In this document: piece after piece, positions 13,572 through 25,162 of the stretch | How the letters are laid out: each line of letters begins with the position of its first letter | Numbering within the stretch: the stretch's first letter is position 1 | Origin: Lama glama | Taxonomy: Eukaryota | Assembly: GCA_028534125.1 (NCBI GenBank) | Contig: CM052817.1 | Span: 38,194,001-38,258,000 of the forward strand | DNA length: 64,000 nt | Reading direction: 5' to 3' | The notes under the pieces: model-generated | The model's input: only the letters and a program-made list of their open reading frames with translations | What the model was told of the DNA's origin: nothing | The model's database searches: none | Made by a program: the position numbers and the translations under genes

Positions 13572-15879
13572 AGTCTCTCCATAATGCCCAATTTCTTTTA
13601 TACTTAGGAAATAAACTTTTCCTTTGCTGATTTTCCAGAATATTCTTATGTCTCAGGAGTTGCACTTTTTCAGGGGATGCGAACATCCCTTCGTCTTTGC
13701 AGAGGACGACTTCTGACGCGGATGGTGCTGTGACAGGTGTTGAGCACGTCTTCGGTATCTCTAGCCAGCGTCAGCGATCTGTTACATGGCTCTTGAACTG
13801 GAAACCACTACTGTTACCAAAAATCTCCATTTCTAATTTGTCATAAAATTTTTACCACACATGCACGTTTATTCTTTTTTTTATAAGTAGGATACAACTT
13901 TATTCTTATTATTATATATTTTGTTAAATATAAGAGAAGCAGCATAATATTTTTTACTTGATGTCTCTTACATAACATTTCCTACTTATAAATGAAGAAA
14001 TTATTTTCCTCTAACTTAAGGGGGGAGGTCCTTATTATAATTTAAAAAGATTTTTTTTCCTGAAATGCATGCATTCATTCACTTATTAAATGAATATTAA
14101 TTGAACATTTATAAATCTACCTCACTCTTCCTTTGTGGAATATAGTAACTGACAAACAATAGTTTTTTAAGGGAAGTGTATAATTTTCAAATAAAATAAA
14201 AGGACTTAGACCGGAAGTAAGGCTAATTTTCTATAACTATGTTTTTCTGCATTCCAACATATCAATCGTGTGCCCAAAGTATATTTACATCCTACCCACT
14301 GAGTTGCCCACTCTCCACAACAACCATCCTAGGGTCAGATAAGCCAAAATATGAAGTGGCCCAGATTGAAATTGCCCTGGTCACCATCATTAATCTTTCA
14401 GCTTGATCTGACTCCTTAAAATATTAATGTCAAATCTACTTTACATGCTACAATTCAAAGACACAATTAGCTGAATGCTCAGATCATTAAAGACTCACTT
14501 ACAAACTGTTATGTATTTTTTAGCTCAGAAATTTACTGTTCGGTTTAGGTATTTCTCCTCTACTTTTAAGATTCTGTTGTATCTACTCTTGTCCTGGTTT
14601 TTGGCAGAAAGCAATGTAATTGTGACCAAATAATGATAAAAGTTTACTTTTTAAAATAAAAATTGGATTAGATTTTTTGAAACATTTTCCAAAATGTTGA
14701 GTAATTAATGGGTACCATATCAATATTTCAATGTTGACAAATAAGTAATTGATATTCAAAACACATAAATGGAAAGAGACAGAGAAAGATCTTATAAAAC
14801 CATACTTTGCTTCTTGACACAATGGCAGGATCCTATTTTTCTCTTATTCTCATTAATTTTGTCTGACTCAGCTCTGTGAAAAGGTAAATGCCACAGACAT
14901 TAACATCTAAATTTATACATAACCCTAATATGTCAAATATGACCACATTTGACACACTAATACATATTTCTTGGTTTTACTAAAAGTATTCCATATTTTT
15001 CTTTTACTTCTTAAACTTTACTTTTGATTGGAAAATTTTGCCTTTAATCTGTTAGAAGCAGCAGGAAGGAAGTATGAGTAAAATCCTGAAAGAGAAATAG
15101 ACTATGAGGAGACACAGGGATTCGATGGAATGAGTCAGGGTGATTCAGGGCTGTTGAGCAGACTCAGGAAAAAAGGTGTACAGAGAAGTCACGTACAAGC
15201 AGGTTGTTTAGAACAGAAGTGGGCTGAGCCACAGACAATAGATTATAGGTATTGAATTCAAGAACCAAAATCTCTTAAAATAGGTTAAGCAAAGAAAGAA
15301 CCAGCAATTTTGGTGACCAGTGCAAGCAACAGGAAATTGGCCCTCAAATGTACTTTGTAATTCATGACATGGCTCCTTTCAAACCATTGGAAGGGGAGCA
15401 TGTGCTGTCAATATGTGAATTCAACACAATCTAAAATAGCACAATGATATCCAATCTTTTAAAAACTGTGTCCCTTTATATTTAGGTCCTTTGGACATAC
15501 TCCAGGTTGCCCTACTCTGGGCATGCTCTGGATTTCAGAATCCTAAGGTGTTTAGAAGGGAACAGTTACTGTGTTATTAAGACTGAACCTGGGGAGTTGA
15601 ATTTCACTGATGGGAGAAGTACTTAGAGCAGAGGTGAACTCCGGGGCAGACTGTATTGACACAGGCAAGGCTGCTGGAATTCTCTAGCTCTGGATCTCCT
15701 CCTCTCACTTTTCAGGTTTACTGTAACACTAGAAGAAGTCTTGTACTAAAGAATCCCAGAGAGCGAGTTTCTGATGGCACTGAAGGGAAATGACTGCATG
15801 AACAGCTATTAGATTATTCTGTGCTTGGGAGGAGTTTTCATACATGGAAGTTTTTAATAGTCCCAGGGTACTGATGCAC

Positions 15880-16542
15880 ATAAAAATCTCAAGCATCAAC
15901 TCTCTTAAACCAGTTCAAGCTCTTGCTTACTTTGTCTTGCCTATCTCCTCCCACAATCCAGTTTCCTCTCAGCAGCCATAAAAACCATTTCCCTCTTCAT
16001 ATCCTCTCCTGGTTTCCCATCCTTCTCCTGCTTCATACCCTCCAAAGGTTTCCCATTATTCTCCTGCTTCATATTGTCCAAGAGTTTCCCATCATTCCCT
16101 GCTTCATCCCTACAATGGTTTCCCATTGCCCTCAATGTAAATCCAGCTGCCCAACCACAAGGCTTTTCATAATTTCGCCCGTTTATCCTTCCTGCTGCTT
16201 CCTTCCCAGAAAAAGGATTTCCTGACCACTCTAGCTAACCATCCTTCCCACCACAAACACACTCTCTCTACCTCACTTCCCTATTTTTATTTTTCTTCAT
16301 AGCACTTACCACTATCCAAAATTATCTTTGCCTCTTTTTCACTTACTCATTCATTTAATTAGTTTAAATATGTTTACTGTTATCTCCTCTAGAGTAAGTT
16401 TTATAAGATCAGAAACATATGGGAAGTTATACATAAGATCAGAAACACAAGACTGAGGCTTTTTAAACCTCGACATTCCCAGTGTTCAAAACAGTATCTA
16501 CTATAAAATAGGTATTTGATAAATATTTCTTAAATGAATTAC
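15880..16542 (+). mobile_element. L2 (L2a-like) 3' portion
   Basis: TTTCCTGACCACTCTAGCTAA, TTTCTTCATAGCACTTACCACT and the terminal TAGGTATTTGATAAATATTTCTTAAATGAAT match the L2 3' end. Confidence 0.75.
15984..16128. repeat. Degenerate ~36-bp minisatellite inside the L2
   Basis: Unit GGTTTCCCATCCTTCTCCTGCTTCATACCCTCCAAA starts at 16011, 16047, 16083 and (partial) 16117, with a partial copy before 16011. Confidence 0.85.
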
Positions 16543-16924
16543 TTATATTCCCGCTGGGGTTACTACTCTTCAGTCAACAAAGATCTGGTATCAATCCATA
16601 AGCACGAGGGCAAAGACTAATCTCCTTTTGCCATTGATGGAAGCCTGCAAATCTCCTTGTGACTCAGCAGCTAGGCATCCAGGAAATAAAGAAAAAGCCC
16701 CAGCTGGGCTTTAGGCACGCAGCTGTATCTATACCAAGTGCCTCTGAGCCCTTGCATTTTCTTTTTTCCCACCTCTTTTCCTACAACGACTGCAGTTTTG
16801 ATTAGGAGTGTCAGTTCAGGGCAAATAAAACTCATCACTGAGGTTTCAAATAGGTTTAGATAAAAAGTGAGATTCTGCTAGATACTCCTTTTTTTCCCTG
16901 TGATTTTTTTTTTTTAAATCTTGT

Positions 16925-17350
16925 GTTTTTTTTGAAGTGCAGTTGATTTACAATGTTAGTTTCAGGTAAATAGGAAATTGTTTCAGTTATATATATGTAT
17001 ATAAGATTCTTTTCAGATTCTTTTCCATTATATGTTATTATAAGAAATTGAGTATAGTTCCCTGTGCTTTACAGTAGGTCCTTGTTGTTTATCTATTTTA
17101 TATACAGTAATGTGTATCTGTTAATCCCAAACTCCTAATCTAGCCCTTTGGTAAACAGTTGCCCTTTCCCCTTTGGTAAACAGTTTGTTTTCTATGTCCA
17201 TGAGTCTATCTATGGTTTGCAAATACAATTTGTATCATTTTTTAAGATTCTATATATAAGTGATATCATATGATATTTGTCTTTCTCTGACTTACTTCAC
17301 TTAATATGATCATTCTAGGTCCATCCATGTTGCTGCAAGTGGCAGTATTG
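16925..17350 (-). mobile_element. 5'-truncated L1, 3' UTR (artiodactyl/camelid-type)
   Basis: Poly-T then GAAGTGCAGTTGATTTACAATG..ATAGTTCCCTGTGCT..GACTTACTTCACTTAATATGATC..GTCCATCCATGTTGCTGCAA; homologous to other copies in this window. Confidence 0.9.
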
Positions 17351-18159
17351 AATTCTCTTAACACAAAGACCATGATATACCCTTGACTTGTCAATATATT
17401 CTCCATGGATACATGGACCTAACTAGATATGTGATTATATTTGCCAGAAGGTCCTGAGAGCTTCTGGATAGCTTCCTTTGTTTCCTGAACTCAGTAGTTG
17501 CCCTTATGAAAATAGCAGATATCCTAAAACTAATTCTGTCCTTTCCAGGTGGTTTCAAGAAACTGCTGTCAGCTGCCAAGGCTTTAGGAGCAGAAGCTAA
17601 ATCCTTGCATTCACTACATATGTTTTCTGAATAAATACAGGGCAGACTAAATAATCATGGAGAAGTGAGCTCACAATTTCATCTCCCATCTCAGTTCTCC
17701 TCCATGCTGACTCAGAGCTCTCCAGTGAGCTGTAAATTAGATTTCCTCTCTGTCTCGTGTCCTACTGCTTCCCAATTACCTGTTCTCATGAGTCAGCCTC
17801 TCTGGGTCCTGGGGCTCAGACACATTGTGGGATAATGTGACTAGCTCAACACACTTTGGTCCAGTCATATCAGAAAGGTGGCTGTGTGATGGCAGGCAAA
17901 AAGGGTGACTCTTTGCTTGGAAGAAAATGATTTTTCCCAAGCATCACAGCAGCTGTCCCCTTAAGACACCCTGGGAGAGGAAATTTCTTGCCTGAACACT
18001 GCTGCCACTCGGCAGGAAATAACATAATTTAAAATTATTTTTGAAAAAAGTACCCTTTTATTATGGACTGACCAAATATTAATCTAGGTACGTAAGTGTT
18101 ATTTATTTAGTCAATAAGTCAAAGTTACAAATACTTTTTTCTTAAGTTTCACTCACTCA

Positions 18160-18275
18160 TTTTTTAATTGAAGTTTGTAGTCAGTTTACAATGTGTCAAT
18201 TGCTGGTGCACAGCATAATGTCTCAGTTATACATATACATATATATATTCATTTTCATGTTCTTTTTCATTATAG
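18160..18275 (-). mobile_element. L1 extreme 3' end (non-inverted part of an inverted insertion)
   Basis: Poly-T + AATTGAAGT..TAGTCAGTTTACAATGTGTCAAT..TCATTTTCATGTTCTTTTTCATTA aligns with the copy at 21866-21975. Confidence 0.9.
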
Positions 18276-18443
18276 TCCTGAATGAGAAAAATCTGTGACT
18301 GAGGATACTCTGCCCAGCAAGACTATCCTTTACAACAGAACGAGAGATAAAGTTTTAGTCTGCTTCATAGACAAGCAACAACTAAAAGAATTCAGCAATG
18401 CTGAACCTATCATAAAAAAATATTGAAAGGTCTACTCTAAATA
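18275..18443 (+). mobile_element. L1 ORF1 C-terminal coding relic (inverted part)
   Basis: Translates with one stop and frameshifts as VLNEKNL*LRILCPARLSFTTEREIK..FIDKQQLKEFSNAEPIIKK..LKGLL*, compare L1 ORF1p ILKEKNFQPRISYPAKLSFISEGEIKYFIDKQMLRDF. Confidence 0.88.
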
Positions 18444-18444
18444 A

Positions 18445-19240
18445 ATACAGATATTTTTGGTTGCCTTCTGTAGACAAGCTCTTGTGCTAGGTCATGAGGT
18501 CTGTATAATTATTCCTTGTTATATCATGGGATGATAATATTTCTTTATTCAGAATACAAAATTCCCCAGGAAAATAAGGTAAAAGTTTCTTCTTTCCTCC
18601 TCTCCTTTCCTCCTCTCTTTCCTTCTTCCTTTCTTCAATTTTTTGAAGCCCATATTGATTGAGTCCATATAATATACAATGTTTGAGTAAAAGGAAAATA
18701 CAAAATCCAAATTAAGAAGCTTACCCTTTGGAGGTGGGAAAAGTCTACAGACTATTGGGGAACTCAACACAGAATTACAGGAGAGCACACTAGAGCAGCA
18801 TGGAATCGAGAAGGGAAGTGACCAAAGAAGGCTTCCTTGAGGAGGTGAAACCAAGGCACATTTTTTAATACAGGAGACGGAGAGGACTAACATTCCAGGC
18901 AGGAGAAAGGGCACACTTGCGTCACTGCAAGTAGTTCTATAGAGCTGGAATGTAGAATGAACAACATAGACTGATAGATAAAATATGCAGAAAGAAATAC
19001 AGGCAAAAGCCAGCTCAGGACTTTTTTTTTTTTTCCCTGAAGGCAATGCATAGCTACTGAAGGGTTTTAAACAGGGGATATTTTGTTTTCAGAACTCTAA
19101 GTGGAGAAAGAGTTTAAGAACAAGTGCTCCAAAGGACTGCTTAAGAGGATGTTTCTTCATCCAGGTAAGATGTTGTGATGGTAAGAAATTAGGTGGTAGG
19201 GACAGAGAAACAGAGAAGGCCTCAAAGGATATTTAAAATT
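18445..19240 (-). mobile_element. L2 LINE fragment(s)
   Basis: GAAGGCTTCCTTGAGGAGGTGA, CATTCCAGGCAGGAGAA, GGCAATGCATAGCTACTGAAGGGTTTTAAACAGGGGA and TCCAGGTAAGATG are antisense L2 blocks. Confidence 0.7.
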
Positions 19241-19344
19241 CCCCACAGGTAGGAAGATGTAGGAAAGGCAAACTTATTCCCAGAATTTCCATAAAATTAT
19301 TACAGAAAAATGTATCAGTATTAGAACTGCATGAAAGTGTGGTA

Positions 19345-19482
19345 AATCCTCATTACATAAAAGACATTTTTCATAATAAGTTCTCTCCATTTACAGAACA
19401 GGAAGCCGAGGCATGAAGCCTGAATGAGTGATAGCAGAATTTGAACCCATGTCCATGTGACTACAAAGCCCTTATTCTTTAC
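19345..19482 (-). mobile_element. MIR fragment
   Basis: CTCCATTTACAGAACAGGAAGCCGAGGC..GAATTTGAACCCATGTC..TGACTACAAAGCCC. Confidence 0.7.
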
Positions 19483-20814
19483 ATTAAATTGCCCATTTCA
19501 GGAGATCATAAATCTTGGACACCTTTTTCAACTTGGGTGACTAGGCTTGAAGAGACTGGAATAGAATTTGACAGGCTCTTCAGAGATTCCTCAGACGGGA
19601 CTGTTTAGGTTTTTCTAGGCATAAGCGCATTCAGATTTGGGATCAACACACAAATGATTGTGTTTGTATTGTTTCTATGGAACTATGTGTTTGGCTCCCT
19701 GCAAAGTGCAAATCCTTCTTCAAATTCCTCCTGATAATCTAATCATTTTAAGCCTGGAAGATTTATTCACACTCTGTACAAGGACAGCCAGTTGAAACCA
19801 AAATGAAAGTGGACTTGGCAGATACCCTAATTCAATCAAGTCAAATATTGAGTTTTGAGTAGAATGGAGTTTGAAAGACAAATCAGTTTCAATGAGTCTT
19901 GGAAGGCAAGAGGCAAAATTCTTAAGACATTGAAAACTGAAAGGGGCAGACATAGCTTAAACAGGAAAAAATGCTGAAATCTGCCTTCAAGTTGGAGCAG
20001 GAAAATTCCTTCCCTAGCATATTTTACATCATTGTGGGCAGGGTAACCATATACCTCACTGCCCAAAACGTGACTCTCTGAGAATAGAAGGAGGTCCTAT
20101 TATTAATTACAGTGGGGTAGCAGATAAAAACCAGGACTCTCATAGACAAACCTGGATATACACCACCCTACCTAGAGGTTGGTATGAAACCTAACTTTCA
20201 GATGATGGTGGTATCAAAAATGAGGTCACAGGCTTTAGAGTCATTGGCTCCTAAAGCAAGGTGAGACAAGAAGAGCGAAGAACTCTCACACAACATGGAC
20301 AAGGTGTTCAACACATAGATAATGACTGGATCAATGGCACCACTTGGGCTATATTAATCATTTTAGTTCCATAGTTTATTTTATTTTAAAAATGATATAG
20401 AACAATGAAAAAAGACACTTCAGTAGAAGAGAGTCACAGGTAATAGGGATACAGTGTCTACTCTCCCATCTACAGTAATGAATTCACATAAATATTTTGG
20501 CTATAAAATCCAAAGAATAGATGGGTTTGGGTGGGTGCCCCTAGCTATTCTGATTGTTTAAAAATAAGCACAGGCTTTATTTTTCATGCATTAACCACCA
20601 GTGAGTCAATATTAATAATCACAAAACTGAGTCAAATCTCAATCCACTCTCCTGCCCAACCCCTGAGTTTTTTTCTTAGATGAAGCCATCCTTCCTTACA
20701 TGGCAAAGATCCTCACAAGTCTAGACAAAGGTGAGGGTGGGCACTACATGGGAAGCAAACATTCCCAGGTACAGACGGAAGATATCAGCCACAATTAATT
20801 TGATTTTCAACATT

Positions 20815-20935
20815 TACCTGCCAGCAACTAGTTGTGTGACCTTAGACAAAACACTTTACTTCACTGGGGCTTATATAAAATGAGAGAGATTACCTTGGAG
20901 GTTCTTTCAGATGTGAAGTTCAACTATTCTCTGAG
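20815..20935 (+). mobile_element. MIR/MIR3 fragment
   Basis: TGCCAGCAACTAGTTGTGTGACCTTAGACAA..TATAAAATGAGAGAGATT. Confidence 0.65.
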
Positions 20936-21090
20936 ATATTTATCTCCCATATGTTTTAAATTTGTTTAAGGTTTATTTATCTACGAAGATTGGGAGGATA
21001 TTTGTTGTATTATAAAGAAATTAATAGAGCCAGTTATTGAAAAACCAACTGCAGTGGTAACAATGATGATCGTTTTTTTAAAGATTCCCA

Positions 21091-21228
21091 AGGAACAGGG
21101 AACTATGTTCAGTACATTGTAGTAACCTATAGTGAAAAAGAACATGTATGTGTATATATATGACTGAAACATTATGCTATACACCAGAAATTGACACACT
21201 GTAAACTGATCATACTTCAATAAAAAAA
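21091..21228 (+). mobile_element. Short 5'-truncated lineage-specific L1 3' end
   Basis: ACAGGGAACTATGTTCAGTAC..ACACCAGAAATTGACACACTGTAAACTGATCATACTTCAATAAAAAAA is the sense version of the other L1 ends, with AATAAA and an A tail. Confidence 0.9.
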
Positions 21229-21865
21229 TTTTTTTAATTCCCCAAAATAAAGCATAGGCAGTGGGGAGGCATTTAATTTTTTAGTCTATAATAGGAGGCC
21301 TATTTGGATTTTCTTATGGGAAAAGTCATCAGCTATAACATGCTGAACCACAATGTGTTTAATAATTTTTAAATATTAAGCTTCTTTGGGCTCCCAAACC
21401 CACTGAGGAGCAAGCTTCCTGAGTGTATACAGAAAAGAGACCTCTCTCAGAAGTGCAAAGTTGCTTCCTGACACTGTCGTTTTCCCTACACAGTCATAAA
21501 TCCACATTTATAAGACAGAGAGTCAGTAATGAATACAAGAGGCATCTCCCTGGGCTGTAGTCTTTGACAAGTTCCTAGACACACAAGCATGGTTCAGAAA
21601 ATAATAAAAACAAAGTGCCCATCAGTCCTGTGCTATTGGACCTCAAGCTTCAATTCCACAAATACAAGGAAGTCATACTGTTTTCTGTATTATTTTGATT
21701 CCCTTTCAATACAGAAGTAACGTATTTCCTTATAAACTATACAAATAATAATGAAGATAAATATAATGTAAAATTTAAGATTCCTACCATCTCAACCCTC
21801 ACTAATATTCTTTTTTTTTTAAAAAAAACTATCGGATTAACTTTATTTTTTAATTTAATTAAAAA

Positions 21866-22424
21866 CTTTTTATTGAAGTATAGTCAGTTACAATGTGTCA
21901 ATTTCTAGTGCACAGCACAATGTCCCAGTCATGCATATACATACATATATTCATTTTCACATTCTTTTTCATTAAAGGTTATTACAAGATATTGAGTATA
22001 ATTCCCTGTGCTATACAGAAGAAATTTGGATTTTTATCTATTTTTGTATATAGTGGCTAACATTTGCAAATCTCAAACTCCCAAATTTACCCCTTCTCAC
22101 CCCTTTTCCCTCAGTACCCATAAGATTGTTTACTATGTCTGTGAGTCTGTTTCTGTTTTGTAGATAAGTTCATTAGTGTCCTCTTTTTTTCTTTTTTTAG
22201 ATTCCACATGAGTGATATCATATGGCATTTTCCTTTCTCCTTCTGGCTTACTTCACTTAGAATGATGATCTCTAAGTCCATCTATGTTGTTGCAAATGGC
22301 ATTATTTTATTCTTTTTTATGGCTGAGTAGTCTTCCATTGTATAAATACATCACAGCTTCTTTATCCAGTCATCTGTTGATGGACATTTAGGTTGCTTCC
22401 ATGTCTTGGCTATTTTATGCAGTG
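21866..22424 (-). mobile_element. Lineage-specific L1 3' end running into the assembly gap
   Basis: TTTTTATTGAAGTATAGTCAGTTACAATGTGTCAATTTC..CTGGCTTACTTCACTTAGAATGATG..TTATCCAGTCATCTGTTGATGGACATTTAGGTTGCTTCCATGTCTTGGCT; cut by Ns. Confidence 0.93.
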
Positions 22425-22924
22425 NNNNNNNNNNNNNNNNNNNNNNNNNNNNNNNNNNNNNNNNNNNNNNNNNNNNNNNNNNNNNNNNNNNNNNNNNNNN
22501 NNNNNNNNNNNNNNNNNNNNNNNNNNNNNNNNNNNNNNNNNNNNNNNNNNNNNNNNNNNNNNNNNNNNNNNNNNNNNNNNNNNNNNNNNNNNNNNNNNNN
22601 NNNNNNNNNNNNNNNNNNNNNNNNNNNNNNNNNNNNNNNNNNNNNNNNNNNNNNNNNNNNNNNNNNNNNNNNNNNNNNNNNNNNNNNNNNNNNNNNNNNN
22701 NNNNNNNNNNNNNNNNNNNNNNNNNNNNNNNNNNNNNNNNNNNNNNNNNNNNNNNNNNNNNNNNNNNNNNNNNNNNNNNNNNNNNNNNNNNNNNNNNNNN
22801 NNNNNNNNNNNNNNNNNNNNNNNNNNNNNNNNNNNNNNNNNNNNNNNNNNNNNNNNNNNNNNNNNNNNNNNNNNNNNNNNNNNNNNNNNNNNNNNNNNNN
22901 NNNNNNNNNNNNNNNNNNNNNNNN
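22425..22924. other. Assembly gap (500 N)
   Basis: Run of exactly 500 N. Confidence 1.
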
Positions 22925-23534
22925 TTCTTAGCAACTGAAGCAAAGGCAGGTCTTATTACAGTCTGGTGTGTGCCACGGTGCTTTGAAACAAAGGTCCCAC
23001 AAAGTGACTGCCTTACAATCTGAGAGCTATAAGTAGATATTTGAGTCCCCTCCCCTTTCTAGGTTTAAGCCCTATGTAAAGTGGTGACATTTCCGGTGAT
23101 GCCAAATCCACTATACCAATGAGCTAGAGTAGGAAGAAGAAAAAAAAAAACTTACAATTATCAGAGCATATTCCTACAATTGGGACATCTCTATATAAGT
23201 CAAATCTGGGCTCTTCATTCCATAAGGAGCTTTGTAATCAGTGTAACAAAAAGACATGTTCTTTCTCTTCTTCAACAAGGAGGTGTCAGAAGATACCTTA
23301 TCTGCTCATTCTCTTATCCTCTTATATCTATTAAAAACTTTTCTCATTAAACATCAACCAGATAACTGAAAAAAGTTGTTCCTATTCCTGAAAAGAATAT
23401 TTTAACCAATGCTGCCAAAATTTGCATTGCCTTATTCCTGGCAATACAAATCCTCTATGGTCCCAAAATTCAGGCGGTGTTTATAGACAAGTATCTCTAG
23501 CAGTGGATCAATACAGAGATTCACGAATCCAAGT

Positions 23535-23785
23535 GAACATTTATTCAGGGCTTCTTTGTGCCATGCAAGGTGTCAGGCACCTTACATATGTTTTCCTAGG
23601 TAACACATGAAAAACACAAGTCAGTAATTTTAATGAGTTATTCACACCATTTTACAGAAGATGAAACTGATGCTCAGAAAAGTGAAGCAGTTTGCTCACA
23701 GAGTACAGATACAGAATGCCAATCTTAGGTTTGCAACTCAGGTCTGTCTCTTTCCAGCTCCCAGGAAAATCCCTCCATGATGCCA
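23535..23785 (-). mobile_element. MIR SINE, near full length
   Basis: AACATTTATT..CCATTTTACAGAAGATGAAACTGATGCTCAGAAAAGTGAAGCAGTTTGCTCA..ACTCAGGTCTGTCT. Confidence 0.8.
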
Positions 23786-24514
23786 AAACATAAGCTCAGT
23801 GTCTCCCTTTCCTCATCTATTAAAAAAAAAAAAAAGCATGGGCCTTCATATTTAATATCAAGTGATTAACACTGAATGAGAGCTAAGTCAGAGCCTGGAA
23901 CAGTGTCTGAGTCTCTTGAGTTAACAAAGAGGAGAACCATAAAGGCTGTTCGGCATGTGACACTGAAGCAGAAATACGATGTGATTTGCGGGGCTGCAGC
24001 TGAGGATGGCTGTGCAGTAATCCGCTCTGAGAGAAAACTGTCAAACGGGACTGATGCTTCCTGGTGGGCACAGAGTGTTTTGCAAGTATTGGATAGTAAT
24101 ACTGGGAAAGCTGTGCTTATCCACGGAGCTCCCCGGTAACTGCACACAGAGGCTGGGCTTCAGTTAGGATCTACCCGCACCCTGTGGTGCCAGATTTTGA
24201 GGGCACTGCCCAGGCACTGCCCTGTAGGATGGCAGTGAGCATCTATCTGATGACCAAGGTGGCTCAGCGCCCACCTCTGGGGCAGAAATGGTTTCTGAAT
24301 GCATGTTAATGCTTATATGGCTCTGTGGCCCAGAGAGGCCTAAGCTTCCCTGCCCTATCCCTGTGGTTTGGAGATTCAGAGCATAGAGGTGAAGGAGGGA
24401 GGGAAAAAAAGGAAGGAGAGAAGAGGGAGGGGATGGAGGAAGGAAGATCTGGATTTATTAAGCAAGAATTTAGGATCAAACACTGTGCTCGGCAGCACTG
24501 TAGGAATTACTTCA

Positions 24515-24620
24515 TTTTTTTAATTGAAGTATATTTGATTTACAATGTTGTCTCAGTTTCTGGTGTACAGCATAGTGACTCAGAAAAAAATATATATATA
24601 TTCTTTTTTATATTCTTTTA
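24515..24620 (-). mobile_element. Short L1 3' end
   Basis: TTTTTTAATTGAAGTATATTTGATTTACAATGTTG..AGTTTCTGGTGTACAGCATAGTGACTCAG. Confidence 0.85.
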
Positions 24621-25132
24621 TTTTTAACATAAATATTATCTGTTTTCATTACTGGGATCAAGCTAGAAAGGTTCATGATTTACTAAATGTCATTCTAGAG
24701 CCAGCCTAGAGTCCTGGTCCATATTTTCACCTATCCTCTCCTCAGCTACGTGATTTTTACAATACAGGACTCTGCCTCTGGCCCGAGAGGGAATGGAAAG
24801 GCAGCCTCCTGGGAACATTCCTGAATGGAAGCGTGGGTCTAGTTAATAGGAAACTATGATTCTGTGTAGATAACAATCCATATAGTTTTCTCACTTCATC
24901 CAATTGAGCTTAGCATCCAAGACATTTCCTCTCTGTTTCAACAGCTGTTAGAAATTGAAAACAAACAAAGTTGGGTTGAGAGCCTTGGGGAGGAATTTTA
25001 TAATTAGATTCAATCACATACAATTGCCAGTATTTGACTTTTACTTATAGACCCCAGAATTCATTTGGTTAACCTAATACATACATTTTAATACACATAC
25101 TCATAAACATTTGAGATAGCTAGTATGCCAAG

Positions 25133-25162
25133 ACACACACACACACACATACAGAGAGAGAG
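25133..25162. repeat. (CA)n(GA)n compound microsatellite
   Basis: CACACACACACACACATACAGAGAGAGAGAG. Confidence 0.9.

Noticed and set aside
15984..16128. CRISPR-like array (36-bp period)
   Set aside because: Units are contiguous with no unique spacers, derive from L2, and there are no cas genes; mammalian DNA.
16403..16447. 15-bp direct repeat ATAAGATCAGAAACA (30-bp period)
   Set aside because: Small slippage duplication inside an L2; no sign of function.
18549..19046. 165-aa minus-strand ORF
   Set aside because: Non-ATG start, lies in L2 and low-complexity sequence, no recognisable domain.
22393..23023. Long ORFs of 176-205 aa
   Set aside because: They run through N bases; artefacts of the gap.
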